Shown here piece after piece: positions 50,601 to 60,698 of a stretch of 64,000 bases of DNA (positions within the stretch are counted from its first letter, which is position 1; the number at the start of each line of letters is the position of its first letter). A program made the position numbers and the translations under genes. This DNA is from a virus. Taxonomy: Duplodnaviria; Caudoviricetes. The notes below the pieces were generated by a model. The model had not been told where the DNA came from and did no database searches. It saw nothing but the letters and a program-made list of their open reading frames with translations. Location of the stretch: positions 44,379-108,378 of IMG/VR virus record IMGVR_UViG_3300044557_000185. The stretch is one strand, 5' to 3'.

Positions 50601-50625
50601 ATGCAGATGATATAATATGAAACTA

Positions 50626-51105
50626 TTAAGAAAGAAGCTTATTAGCTTTGTTCATTTTTCGTTTTCCAATATGCTTTGTCTTCACATATTCTACATTGCA
50701 GTCTTTTACATCTGGCAATGATGCAACGATACTGTATTTAGATTCGCCTATCTTTCTAAGAACAGCTATAGCTACATCTATGTCATCGATGTCTTTGCAT
50801 AAAGACAAAGCATTGTCTACTATGTACTTGAAAGCAACAGCTTGATTATGTCTTCCTCTTATGTATGTCGTATCATTCTCGTATACTATGACACAACCAT
50901 ATGAAGAAGCAATCTTAGCTATTTCCATTCTTAGATCAGATGACATTGTAATGTCGAAAGCTATGTCTACTGATTTGTCTTCACTTACAATAGACAGTTT
51001 AGGAATAGTCTTAAGAAGTCTAGTCGCTAATGCTTTCTCTGTTTCAGATGCACCAGCATCGTTCTGAAATGCTTCTAAGACTTTTCTTAAAGACTGCTTA
51101 TCCAT
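50626..51105 (-). CDS. hypothetical protein
   Basis: 159-aa ORF. Confidence 0.6.
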   Translation of the reverse strand: MDKQSLRKVLEAFQNDAGASETEKALATRLLKTIPKLSIVSEDKSVDIAFDITMSSDLRMEIAKIASSYGCVIVYENDTTYIRGRHNQAVAFKYIVDNALSLCKDIDDIDVAIAVLRKIGESKYSIVASLPDVKDCNVEYVKTKHIGKRKMNKANKLLS

Positions 51106-52088
51106 TTGTCTATATTGCCGTTCTTATTGAAGTCGTCTAAAATAGCTATTTGCTCTGAAGATACATCGTCAAGAAGACTTCTGTCATTCTTGAAGACGCG
51201 CAATATGTTAGCAAATGATCTGTCATTCATGATGATGTATATGAAGTTCATGCATTGATAGATAGCGAATCTGTTGGTTTGATATTCAGAAAGCTTTCGT
51301 TTGTTGTAGAAGCAAAGATCTATCATTTTCAGAATTTGATGAATATAGCACCACAGAACTTCTACAGGAATATTGTCTATGCCTTCATCAAACAAAATCT
51401 TCTGAACATCTAGCAATCTTGCAAAGGGAGTAGATGCATCAAAAACATCTGATGAATTAATGACGTTATGCAATGTATATTTGTAGATTGGTGTTGCAAT
51501 TCTGTATATAGCGTCAGCATCTAGCAAAGTATCATAAGCAAAAGGTATGTCTACCCATCCAGCACCTTTAGCTTCTACAAAACGATGATTCTCTATAAAA
51601 GCAGAAGAGTAAAGAATAGACCAGATAGCATTATGATGATCTAGCATCATAGGAATGTCTTTGTTCTTCAGAAGACCATCTTCGTAGAAAGCTAATTCAG
51701 ATTCTGGAATGCAAAGCTCGCTTTCTGGTGTCTGTCTCTTGTAATACGAGCACTTGATCATGTCATAGTAGCATGGCAAGTTACTGACTTTTTGCAAGAC
51801 TTTGTTTAGATTGACATAGTCTATTCTGTCATCTGCTTCTGCAAACATGACATAATCGAAATCGTCATACTTTATGCAATCAAGCAGAAAGTTCATTTCT
51901 GCTCCATAGCCAATGTTCTTATCGTGTCTGAAAACTGCTAGCTTGCTATTGCCTTCTATAGAGATTGGGATTCTTGACCCGTCATCTACTACGAATGTCT
52001 TAGCGTTGTTGACATGCATAGCATCATTGACGATATTGACAAGCGATGCTTCTGAGTCTTTCTCTGTAATCAGTATTGCTAGCTTCAA
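51087..52088 (-). CDS. GT2 (GT-A) glycosyltransferase, soluble
   Basis: VVDDGS, NIGYGAEMN, DYVMFAEADD, AIWSILY. Confidence 0.85.
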   Translation of the reverse strand: MKLAILITEKDSEASLVNIVNDAMHVNNAKTFVVDDGSRIPISIEGNSKLAVFRHDKNIGYGAEMNFLLDCIKYDDFDYVMFAEADDRIDYVNLNKVLQKVSNLPCYYDMIKCSYYKRQTPESELCIPESELAFYEDGLLKNKDIPMMLDHHNAIWSILYSSAFIENHRFVEAKGAGWVDIPFAYDTLLDADAIYRIATPIYKYTLHNVINSSDVFDASTPFARLLDVQKILFDEGIDNIPVEVLWCYIHQILKMIDLCFYNKRKLSEYQTNRFAIYQCMNFIYIIMNDRSFANILRVFKNDRSLLDDVSSEQIAILDDFNKNGNIDKWISSL

Positions 52089-53023
52089 AGATTCACATCC
52101 TCAATGATCGGCTGTCCGCATTCAGAGCAGAATTTCGGGTTCTTGAATTCAGAATACTTTCCTATGAATGTAGCGATAGACTTGACATCTGAAAGCTTCT
52201 TCATTCTAGTCTCTGCAGACAATGAAGCTTTTATTGCATCAGATATAGTAGAAGCATCTGACAATTGCAATTCTTCTAGTACAGCTTTCTTAGCTTTAGA
52301 AGTCATACGAAAACCGGAAGACATGATATTGAAGAATACATTGATGTCTTCTATTCTATTTTCAGAAGCTAGATTAAGCGCATCAAAGACATTCTTGAAT
52401 AACATGACGTATTCAATTTTTTCTGTTATAGACGAATTGTCTACTTCATCATCGTCATCGACCAATACTTCAATAGCTGTTTCTTCAAGTGGATTGACAA
52501 GAATAGGATTGCAATACACAGAATCTTTCTTGTCTGTTCCAATATAAAGATTGTAGCCTTGATTGAATGTACCGAACTTAGAAGTAGCAACTTCGTCTGC
52601 AAAATAAATCCACATTGAGATGTGCTTGTTGTCAATCTCTGGTTGAATGACATTGACTTCATTTGCATCAAACACTTCTGAAAGCTCTGAAATGATGCTG
52701 TCGACAGGACGAATGTTATCTGATTCAATGACTTCTGAAATCGCATTGCCTGAGATAGAGAATGTAAGATTGCCTTCGAAACGCATCAGGAAATACATGA
52801 TGTTCATCGTACGCAAATCTGAAGGGATAGATTCTATATACTTGTTTGGCAAATGCAGAATAGCTGAAAGTTCTGATATTGCAACAGGCGAAATATCGTA
52901 CAGATTTTCATCGTCTTTGAATTGCAGCTTGTCGTCAGTATATTTGCAATCTATTCCTCTATGAATGACTTTATCAAGATTGTCGTCTATAAATGCTTGC
53001 AGATCTTTTAACGTAGTTGACAT
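52085..53023 (-). CDS. hypothetical protein, C-terminal zinc ribbon
   Basis: 312 aa ending FCSECGQP. Confidence 0.7.
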   Translation of the reverse strand: MSTTLKDLQAFIDDNLDKVIHRGIDCKYTDDKLQFKDDENLYDISPVAISELSAILHLPNKYIESIPSDLRTMNIMYFLMRFEGNLTFSISGNAISEVIESDNIRPVDSIISELSEVFDANEVNVIQPEIDNKHISMWIYFADEVATSKFGTFNQGYNLYIGTDKKDSVYCNPILVNPLEETAIEVLVDDDDEVDNSSITEKIEYVMLFKNVFDALNLASENRIEDINVFFNIMSSGFRMTSKAKKAVLEELQLSDASTISDAIKASLSAETRMKKLSDVKSIATFIGKYSEFKNPKFCSECGQPIIEDVNL

Positions 53024-53052
53024 TTGAGTCCTTTCTATTCAACTATATTTAT

Positions 53053-53081
53053 ATTATATATCATTATTGAACAATTGTAAA
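53053..53081 (-). promoter_or_regulatory. conserved phage promoter
   Basis: TTTACA-N17-TATAAT. Confidence 0.8.
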
Positions 53082-53090
53082 ATCGAGTAC

Positions 53091-53215
53091 AGATTAACGA
53101 CGTTGTTCTCTAATGATCTAGAATTTTTGGTATATATAATTATATATCTTTGATACTTGAAGTTCATAGAGATAAACGTCGTAATTCTGGTGATATACTG
53201 AATAGCTATCTAATG
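53091..53215 (+). repeat. dispersed intergenic palindrome, copy 10 (closest to consensus)
   Basis: ACGACGTTGTTCTCT...TATATAATTATATA...AGAGATAAACGTCGTAATTCTGGTGATATACTGAAT. Confidence 0.95.
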
Positions 53216-54133
53216 TCAAATATAATCAATAGCGTATTCTAAAGCAGTCTTAGCTGAGACTATCTTTACTATAGCTTCATTCTGACTTATGTCAGCTATG
53301 TCTTTAGTGCCAAGATCTTTTGAATCTACTATGCGTAGATCAGTAGATGATAGCTTCTTGATTGCCTGCTTTATTCCCCATTGACCAGCACCATCACCAT
53401 CGAACCATAGCAATACATCTCTGAATGCATTTATGAATGATGCTTGTGTACTTGATATCTTGCTTCCGAATGTCGCAATGCAATTAGTCATGCCATAGTC
53501 ATAAGCTCGCATTACAGACATTGGCGACTCGAATACGATCAATGGCATAGATTCGTCTAAAGCAGATATCGAATAGACATGCTCTGACTTGTCGAAGCCC
53601 TTGCTGTTCTTGTATCTTGGGAACTGAGAATCTCTTATTGCTCTGCTTTGATATCCTACGCACATTCCATCTTCATACACTGGTATGACTATTCTGTCAT
53701 TGATGTCATCATACCTTATGTCTGCTGCTTCTAACGTAGACTCAAGAAATCCTCTGTCTAGCATGTATTGATGATTGACTCGCTTGTATGGTCTTAGGTC
53801 TATGAGATGCTTGTCGTCATTCGATACTTTCGACTCCATAGCTTTCTTGAAGTCAGATGGCAGCTCTCTTCTTTCAGACTCGAAGTCATACTGCAGATGC
53901 ATTATCTGCTTCAGCTTGTTGAATGACAAAGCATGAGCAGAATATGCAAAGCAAAGATAAGCTCCAGATTGGCTGTTCAGACCTGCAGACGGATTTCTGT
54001 CACCATGATTGTGATGTGGATCTACTGTGTCTATTATGCAAGAATGTCGTATCCAGCTACCACTTACTATGATTCTGCTGTCTGGACGATATCTTCTGAT
54101 TATCTCTATAGCAGAAAGTCTTCCTAAGCTCAT
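53216..54133 (-). CDS. DNA primase (zinc finger plus TOPRIM)
   Basis: C...H..GDRNPS zinc finger, RIVIPV, VFES, FDGDGAG. Confidence 0.9.
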   Translation of the reverse strand: MSLGRLSAIEIIRRYRPDSRIIVSGSWIRHSCIIDTVDPHHNHGDRNPSAGLNSQSGAYLCFAYSAHALSFNKLKQIMHLQYDFESERRELPSDFKKAMESKVSNDDKHLIDLRPYKRVNHQYMLDRGFLESTLEAADIRYDDINDRIVIPVYEDGMCVGYQSRAIRDSQFPRYKNSKGFDKSEHVYSISALDESMPLIVFESPMSVMRAYDYGMTNCIATFGSKISSTQASFINAFRDVLLWFDGDGAGQWGIKQAIKKLSSTDLRIVDSKDLGTKDIADISQNEAIVKIVSAKTALEYAIDYI

Positions 54134-55176
54134 CGCAGAAGCTCTTTTACAGAATCTATCAGAGCTTGCTCTAGCTCTGCTCTTAAAGTCCGATATTCTC
54201 TATCTACACTTACATGCTGCTGATTAAGCATGTACGACTGCAATTCTGGATGCTCATCGAACAACTTAACGATAGCTATCAAGTCTTTGTCATTCTGATA
54301 TCGCACTTCTTTATCGAACAAGTCATGCAAACCATATTCTTCATCTGCTAGCATCAAGCAATTCGCAGAATCATCTTCGTATATTCTATTAGAGAAAAGA
54401 CCTTTGCAGAAGTCGTATCTTGGAAGAATCGAGTATCTAGCTTCAGACATGACATCAACTACTTTGTCAGCATCAACTTTGTCAAGCACTTCGAAATTAG
54501 CAGAATCTAGAATACTCGAAGACTCGTCTTCATTCATGTCGTAAGAGGCATTAGCTCCATAGAATCTGCAAGAGTATCCAGCTTCTGAAAGAGCATTGAA
54601 AGAGTCGACTACAAGCTTCAGTCTCTTGTTCCTCAGCATTCCGATATATGCGAAATCTACAGTCTTAACAGAATCATTGTAGCGTCTGTCAGACCTTAGC
54701 ATAGCAGACATGCCTTTGACTCTATTCAATGAGACTATGCTATGATATCCTGCTTCTTCCAATCTAGACTTGTTGGTGCTAATTCCAAGCACTGCCATCT
54801 TGTTGTCGAAAGAAGACATGTTCGTGGATGGAGAGTCTGCTATGGCCACGTCATCCATGAGAGCTAGAACAGGAGCTTCAGATTGCTTGATGAAGTCATT
54901 CATCATTCTGAAGCCAGCATGCGTTCTTTCCGAATCGTACTTCTTCTGAATGTTCATGACGATCAGGTCGTAACGTCTTCCAGATGCCTGCTTGAACGTA
55001 GTATTGAAATCTTTAGCGTCTGGCTTCATGCTTATGCCATCAACCACAGAGCCCTTGAATACTTGCTTCAAAAACTCTATCTCTTTCATCGAATTGAACC
55101 AAGTCAGACTTCCCTTCAGATTGCTTTTATGCGTGATGAAAGCTATTCTCAAGCTTCTACCTGCAATGTAGTGCAT
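54130..55176 (-). CDS. DNA glycosyltransferase resembling T4 beta-glucosyltransferase (GT-B)
   Basis: DFAYIG..R..R, RFYG, RIYE...LMLADEEY and MLNQQH match the recalled T4 BGT C-domain (RVWE...VMLIDEEF; MLSIQH). Confidence 0.7.
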   Translation of the reverse strand: MHYIAGRSLRIAFITHKSNLKGSLTWFNSMKEIEFLKQVFKGSVVDGISMKPDAKDFNTTFKQASGRRYDLIVMNIQKKYDSERTHAGFRMMNDFIKQSEAPVLALMDDVAIADSPSTNMSSFDNKMAVLGISTNKSRLEEAGYHSIVSLNRVKGMSAMLRSDRRYNDSVKTVDFAYIGMLRNKRLKLVVDSFNALSEAGYSCRFYGANASYDMNEDESSSILDSANFEVLDKVDADKVVDVMSEARYSILPRYDFCKGLFSNRIYEDDSANCLMLADEEYGLHDLFDKEVRYQNDKDLIAIVKLFDEHPELQSYMLNQQHVSVDREYRTLRAELEQALIDSVKELLR

Positions 55177-56465
55177 TATTCTCCCTCTTCGCTTGCATCT
55201 TCATCATCAGTCATTTCTTTTATGACATGAAAGTCTGTCTTATCTTGAAGATTTCGATATATTAGCCACGACCTCATGCTAGTTCTTCTTGAACCTAAGA
55301 TTTCTACGACCATAGTATTGTTGATTCTTTGCTCTTTTGTAGCACCAAGACCGACTATCAGATCAGAAGCGTTTTCTATATTTGATGTAAGAGCGATATT
55401 TGTAAGCTTTCCTCTTCCATTTTCAGTAAAAGATGCAGCTCTATTCATCTGAGAAAGCAAGTAGACTGGAATCATGCTGTCTTCGTCTTCAGATATCGAC
55501 ATCTTAAGCTCATCGATTATTCTAGATGCATTCTCTGTCTTTGATGTTCCAGGATTCGATGCTTCCATAAATGAAAGCTGATCTATGACTACTAACTCCG
55601 CATCAAAATCTCGTATTACTTTCATCATGTCTGGAACTGTTCTTTCACCTATTCGTGGCTTAGAAATCAGTACTTTTCCATACGAGTCATACGATTGCTG
55701 AGTCTTTGAAAGCTTTCCGACTTCTATAGATGACAATGTTCCAGTAGAAAGCCTTGCATATGATACTCCAGACAGAATAGCATCAAGTCTGTCTTCTATG
55801 TCTGCTACAGAAAGCTCAAGCGTGAAGAAGACTACTCTCTTCTTCGCTTTCATAGCTTCTGCAACAATCTTTAGGCCAATCCATGTCTTGCCAGTCTTAG
55901 TAGGCGCTGCTATCGTACATAATTCTCCCTTTGCAAGACCCATAGTTACTTGATCTATTTCAGGAAAACCAATAGATGCACCCATTAGACCATTCTTAGA
56001 CATTTCTGAACGCTTATGATACCTTTCTTTTCTGCTTTCTACAGTATCATATAGTTCTGAAACATTCTTTCTGTCTTTAGCTTGCTTCGAAATAGACCAC
56101 AGCTGATTAGACAGAATTTCTAGAGCTTCTTTTGGATGCTCTTTCAAAGAGTCTGCCGAATCTAGCAAAGCTCTTTTCATCCTGTTCGATATGAGTCGTT
56201 TCTTAAGAGCATCCACTATATATGTAGCAGACACGTCTGTCGACTTCACATGGAGACTTGGGACTTCCTTTTCAAGCAGACTGCAAGTAGGTGCTTTCTT
56301 AAGATTCGATCCTTGCCAATATTCTACAGAGAACGCAAATGCTTTCTTGTTTAGCAGATCGTCAAAGTAAGTCTCTCTAAGACCAAGAGAGTACATTCTT
56401 TTCAATGAAGGCAGATCTGTCATCAAGTAGACAGCCATGTCTTCTAATTTAGTTGCTTCTTCCAT
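55176..56465 (-). CDS. dnaB: replicative DnaB-like helicase
   Basis: APTKTGKT, FFTLE, VVIDQLS, LSQMNR. Confidence 0.9.
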   Translation of the reverse strand: MEEATKLEDMAVYLMTDLPSLKRMYSLGLRETYFDDLLNKKAFAFSVEYWQGSNLKKAPTCSLLEKEVPSLHVKSTDVSATYIVDALKKRLISNRMKRALLDSADSLKEHPKEALEILSNQLWSISKQAKDRKNVSELYDTVESRKERYHKRSEMSKNGLMGASIGFPEIDQVTMGLAKGELCTIAAPTKTGKTWIGLKIVAEAMKAKKRVVFFTLELSVADIEDRLDAILSGVSYARLSTGTLSSIEVGKLSKTQQSYDSYGKVLISKPRIGERTVPDMMKVIRDFDAELVVIDQLSFMEASNPGTSKTENASRIIDELKMSISEDEDSMIPVYLLSQMNRAASFTENGRGKLTNIALTSNIENASDLIVGLGATKEQRINNTMVVEILGSRRTSMRSWLIYRNLQDKTDFHVIKEMTDDEDASEEGE

Positions 56466-56484
56466 AAGCTGTTCTTACATTCTT

Positions 56485-57240
56485 TCAAATGATAGGATGA
56501 ATGATACCCTTAGCTGCATCTTCAAGCTTTCGCTTTCTTACATCTGGTCTGACATCGTATCCGTCAAAATCGAATGCATTAGAGGTCTCAGCTATCAGAC
56601 TGAAAGCAGATCTTCCATACTCATTCATTATCTGACCTCTAGTCATGTTCGATGTAAGGAAAGTAGGTCTAGAAGCTTGCACTCTTTGTCTAAGAACATT
56701 ATCGATAGCATTTACAGTCAACTTGTTAGCCATCTCTTTGCCTATGTCATCTATAGCTAAGAAAGTAGACTTGATAATCTTGTCAGCATAAAGTCTTCTC
56801 GCATCTTCATCATAAAACGAGCCACCAAGCATTTGAACTAGATTCGAATACGTTGTGAAGAAGCACTTAGCTCTTTGTCTTACCAAGTCTTTCAATAGCA
56901 AAGACATTACAGTCGTCTTGCCTGTTCCATTATTGCCAAGAAGCATTAGTCCGACATTGTTCTCTTTGAAAGCTTTAGACTGACTTGCATATATCTGACA
57001 GAATTTCTTCACATCTTCTGGCCCATTGTAGTCTTTCCATGAAAGTCGTTGATATGTAAGACCTATGCCTGCATTTGCATAATGCTTGAACAATTGCCTT
57101 TGCAATTCGTGATCGCAATTAGCGTCACTGCCATTGCAAGTCGGGCACCATGACTTCTTTTTAGATTCAGGATATACAGAATAGACATAAAGAACATCTC
57201 TGTCTGAAAGAAAGTCATATCGCATTTCTTCATCAGACAT
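56485..57240 (-). CDS. DnaC/IstB-like AAA+ helicase loader
   Basis: GNNGTGKT, LAIDDIGKE, RPTFLTSN; likely start MSDEEM. Confidence 0.9.
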   Translation of the reverse strand: MSDEEMRYDFLSDRDVLYVYSVYPESKKKSWCPTCNGSDANCDHELQRQLFKHYANAGIGLTYQRLSWKDYNGPEDVKKFCQIYASQSKAFKENNVGLMLLGNNGTGKTTVMSLLLKDLVRQRAKCFFTTYSNLVQMLGGSFYDEDARRLYADKIIKSTFLAIDDIGKEMANKLTVNAIDNVLRQRVQASRPTFLTSNMTRGQIMNEYGRSAFSLIAETSNAFDFDGYDVRPDVRKRKLEDAAKGIIHPII

Positions 57241-57247
57241 AGAAGGT

Positions 57248-57679
57248 TCAGATTGCATTACTATAGTCTGATCCATCGGAATCCTTAGAGTTGATATGCT
57301 CGCTGTAATTAGAAGAAATTCTGTCCCAATTCTTATTCTGCTTGGACTTGATTCTTTCAAATAGCTCTTCAGGCGACATTTTCATTATGAGCATAAGGTT
57401 GACAAAGAACTGGAAAGAGTCTCGTAATTCTTCTTTTACGCCATCTTCATCTATGTCATCGCTATCAGACCAGTCTCTCCATGAAACGCATTGCAACATT
57501 TCATGAAGTTCTGATTCACATGAGAAAGCCATGTCTTTTATCAGACGGCATTTGTCTTTGCCTTTAGCATTCAAATCTACATGATAAGCAGATTGCAATG
57601 CCATTTGCGAATTGAGGACATCTTCCCAATCAAATTTCGAAGCTTTCTTACTTAGGAAGTCTTTGCTATTTTTGTTCAA
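57248..57679 (-). CDS. all-alpha dCTP/dUTP pyrophosphatase (T4 gp56-like)
   Basis: Q.ALQ, ELHEML..SWRDW, EELRD.FQFFVNL, K...N.DR...Y; likely TTG start. Confidence 0.75.
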   Translation of the reverse strand: MNKNSKDFLSKKASKFDWEDVLNSQMALQSAYHVDLNAKGKDKCRLIKDMAFSCESELHEMLQCVSWRDWSDSDDIDEDGVKEELRDSFQFFVNLMLIMKMSPEELFERIKSKQNKNWDRISSNYSEHINSKDSDGSDYSNAI

Positions 57680-57760
57680 AACGAATCCTTTCTTTTTGTA
57701 TTTTATAGTATTTTTATTATATATCAAATGATTGACAATGTACAATCATATGACAAAAAA

Positions 57761-58066
57761 TTAAGCATATGGTTCCCTGTCGACGTCTAGGTCTCGTCTT
57801 TCAGCCCAGTGCTCTCTATATTCATTACCCCAAATGCCATAGGGCTCGTCTTTGCCTATCTCTCTGCATTCTTTTTTAAGAGGACAAGTATCGCAAACAT
57901 TCTTTACGACTCTTATGTCATCAACATCAGTAGGCGAAGACCATATCCAGTATCGTCTGTAGAAATAAGAAGATGGCAGATACTGACATGGAAGCAAAGC
58001 TTTTGTCTTTCTGAAATCATCGAACTTCTGCTCAGCTTCTTCTTTCGATATGGCAGACTCACTCAT
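57761..58066 (-). CDS. WhiB family transcription factor
   Basis: C...CDTCPLKKEC...YGIWG. Confidence 0.85.
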   Translation of the reverse strand: MSESAISKEEAEQKFDDFRKTKALLPCQYLPSSYFYRRYWIWSSPTDVDDIRVVKNVCDTCPLKKECREIGKDEPYGIWGNEYREHWAERRDLDVDREPYA

Positions 58067-58619
58067 CTTCTACAACTTTCAGTATCTTGTCTATCTGATC
58101 TTGAGAGCATACAGTCTTCATAGCACCAACCAATTGTCTGAACTTAGAAACCCAAAGCATGACATCTTCTTGAGAAGCTTTGTTCCCTTCGATATCTATC
58201 AAAGTCTTGGCAGCTTGCATCCCAACAAATGCATTAGTGCTTTTAGGATTGTCAATAAGCGTCTGAGCTGCGTCATTGAGAAGCATCTCTATATAAGCGA
58301 CTGGAGTAAGTCTGCTAGCAGTGTCATCTGGAGATATGCCAGCTTCTTTAGCTCGTCTCTCTATTATCTCCTTGTACATGAACAGCTTAGCAGGAAGATG
58401 ATCAATGTGCTTAGCTATGATAGAGCCATTGATCTCGATACTGAACATCTGACTTGCAATGTGTATGATTACAGTATTGGGCACTCCGCAAGCTATAAGC
58501 TGCTCTAAGACTCGCCTTTCAGATACTTCTAGAGAGCATATTCTACATATGCTAGACTTTGCAAGCCTCTCTTTGTTAGACTGCGCAACGGCAGATACAA
58601 GCTCTAATGAATCTGTCAC
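58059..58619 (-). CDS. hypothetical protein with N-terminal CxxC (possible small terminase or DNA-binding)
   Basis: CRIC...H..H zinc/HTH-like N-terminus. Confidence 0.5.
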   Translation of the reverse strand: MTDSLELVSAVAQSNKERLAKSSICRICSLEVSERRVLEQLIACGVPNTVIIHIASQMFSIEINGSIIAKHIDHLPAKLFMYKEIIERRAKEAGISPDDTASRLTPVAYIEMLLNDAAQTLIDNPKSTNAFVGMQAAKTLIDIEGNKASQEDVMLWVSKFRQLVGAMKTVCSQDQIDKILKVVEDE

Positions 58620-59158
58620 AGTTCATTCATGCCTTCATCGAGAGCATCGCAAGCTTTATAGATTATATTGAGCTCTTTTGAAGATAGCTTATTGTCTGCA
58701 GCCATATTGTAAAGTGACTCGATTACTGCTGATATCTTGTTCTTGAACGCAGCTTCTTTATTCTTGCGATTAGCATCTTTCTCTCGTATGCTTTTTACTT
58801 CATCTAGACCAGTGACGAATCTGAAATCATCCATTGACAGAACGATATAGTCGTATTTCTCATGCCTGTCTGGCGTAAGTTCGAAACGAACAGGAAGAAG
58901 AAAGATCTTGCCAGCCTTAACTGCACGAAGTCTGTTCTCTTCCATGAAATGCACATCAATAGAATACTTGCTGAAGTGAGTTGACTTTCCATCAGCTTGA
59001 AATTGCACTTCTCTATCTAACGGGTGCTCTCTTGTCGTCACATCTGTCTTGTCATACCATACTGAACCAGAAGCTGTGGTCTGATCAGCTTGAATCATGT
59101 CAGATATGTCTTTTTCATGCTGATGCCAGTCTGGGAAGCTTTCATGAGAATTAGCCAT
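58616..59158 (-). CDS. Holliday junction resolvase-like PD-(D/E)XK nuclease
   Basis: HEKDI, SGS...KTD, QADGKST. Confidence 0.65.
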   Translation of the reverse strand: MANSHESFPDWHQHEKDISDMIQADQTTASGSVWYDKTDVTTREHPLDREVQFQADGKSTHFSKYSIDVHFMEENRLRAVKAGKIFLLPVRFELTPDRHEKYDYIVLSMDDFRFVTGLDEVKSIREKDANRKNKEAAFKNKISAVIESLYNMAADNKLSSKELNIIYKACDALDEGMNEL

Positions 59159-59182
59159 TGTCATCTCCAAGTCTATAATTAT

Positions 59183-59211
59183 ATTATATACTATAGACAA
59201 TCAAAAGTAAA
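59183..59211 (-). promoter_or_regulatory. conserved phage promoter
   Basis: TTTACT-N17-TATAAT. Confidence 0.8.
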
Positions 59212-59217
59212 ATCGGA

Positions 59218-60501
59218 TTATTCTTCGTCAGCATCATCGAATTCTGTGACAGCATTTCGTATGTCGCCAGCAATCAATCTAGACTTCATGTCTTCATACA
59301 GCTGATTGTAGACGCCTTCATCGTTCTTTATGTAGTTGACCATCTTGTCATAGCCACGAATCTTGCCATCTGGGAAGTATCCTGATCGATACACTCCAGC
59401 AGCACCCTTTTCTACTTCTCCACACAGAGTCGCAAGATTGATGAGCTCTTCTATAGTGCCAAAGCCAGCTTTGCCATATCTGCAATCATTAGTGTAGAAC
59501 CAGAACTCACAAGCTTGCTTAGACATGCCAATAGAATTCTTATGCAGTCTTGCAGCCACTTTGTACCCGCATATGTATTGGGAGTCTACTGTACCTGGTT
59601 CGATATCATATACGACATCTTTGTTCTTGCGCTTCAGTTCGATTCTCAAAGAGCATGCGTGCTGCCATCCAAGACCACCAGGAGTTATGTACTGATGATA
59701 TCCGCTCATGTCTGCTCTGACCTGGTTGATTCCGATTGTCAGACATGTATACTTGTTTGACATGTTCTGAGCAAATTGTGAGAATCTAGTAATAGCTAAT
59801 GCATTGCCACCTACATTTCCAGATGTAGCTGACTTCCAGTATGTCCTTTGAGATGGAGCTCCGCCTATGGAATCGAATACTGCAACTGCTATAGTGCCAG
59901 TTCGCAAAGCTTCTACGTACATGTCAGTCGCTTGCTCTGCCGTATCAGGCCAGACAAGAATGAGCTTGTTGAAGAACTCTTCTTTGATGAAATGAGAGGC
60001 CCATTCCTTGTCGAATCTGCCTTCTACGTCTAGATAGATAGCGTTTCTCATGTCATTCTCTATGACAGACTGCTTCTCTTCGTCTGTCAATGTCTCTGCA
60101 TCTACAGCATCATTCTTCTCTTGCTCATTCCATACATGCAAGTCTGCTATCTGCTCATCATAGAATTTGTTGAACCAGTCTAATTCGCCTTTGTCGAATT
60201 TTCCTTGAGATACTAGCTTCTCTACTTTTCGCTTGAAGCAAGCTCTGTAGAATTCCAATTCAAGAACGTGCTCAACTATAGAAAATGAAAGAGAAGACTT
60301 TGATGAGCCTGGCATTCCACCAAGCTCTACTACAATGTTTCTTGGCACGCCCATGCCATGCTTAGAACCGACCATGTAGTCTATTCCTAATGAGCCTGTA
60401 GAAACAACACCCTTGTTTGGTATCTCACTTGGAGACATAGCAGACACATCTCCAAATTGTGACTTAAGACTAGCTTTAAGCTTATCGATAGCTGTTACCA
60501 T
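59218..60501 (-). CDS. recA: RecA-like recombinase
   Basis: STGSLGID, VELGGMPGSSKS, VFDSIG, INQVR, TPGG. Confidence 0.9.
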   Translation of the reverse strand: MVTAIDKLKASLKSQFGDVSAMSPSEIPNKGVVSTGSLGIDYMVGSKHGMGVPRNIVVELGGMPGSSKSSLSFSIVEHVLELEFYRACFKRKVEKLVSQGKFDKGELDWFNKFYDEQIADLHVWNEQEKNDAVDAETLTDEEKQSVIENDMRNAIYLDVEGRFDKEWASHFIKEEFFNKLILVWPDTAEQATDMYVEALRTGTIAVAVFDSIGGAPSQRTYWKSATSGNVGGNALAITRFSQFAQNMSNKYTCLTIGINQVRADMSGYHQYITPGGLGWQHACSLRIELKRKNKDVVYDIEPGTVDSQYICGYKVAARLHKNSIGMSKQACEFWFYTNDCRYGKAGFGTIEELINLATLCGEVEKGAAGVYRSGYFPDGKIRGYDKMVNYIKNDEGVYNQLYEDMKSRLIAGDIRNAVTEFDDADEE

Positions 60502-60554
60502 TTTTATGCTTTTGCCTTACAATGCGAATCTGAATAAGTGGAAAAATAATGAGA

Positions 60555-60634
60555 ATGCCAATCTCTGACCATAACGAATCAATTGTGCATATAACGCTAT
60601 ATACATGATATTCTTATGATGCAGAGATTGGCAT
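60555..60634. repeat. 13-bp inverted repeat / long hairpin
   Basis: ATGCCAATCTCTG...CAGAGATTGGCAT. Confidence 0.75.
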
Positions 60635-60698
60635 CAACTCATCTTATATGTTCGTGAATGAACCGAAATCTGAGAATGATCTAGATTCTACAGAACTT

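Noticed and set aside
7944-53215. Palindromes as a CRISPR array or integron attC sites
   Set aside because: They are dispersed rather than tandem; the outer boxes run GTT...AAC, opposite to attC; no cas or integrase gene is seen.
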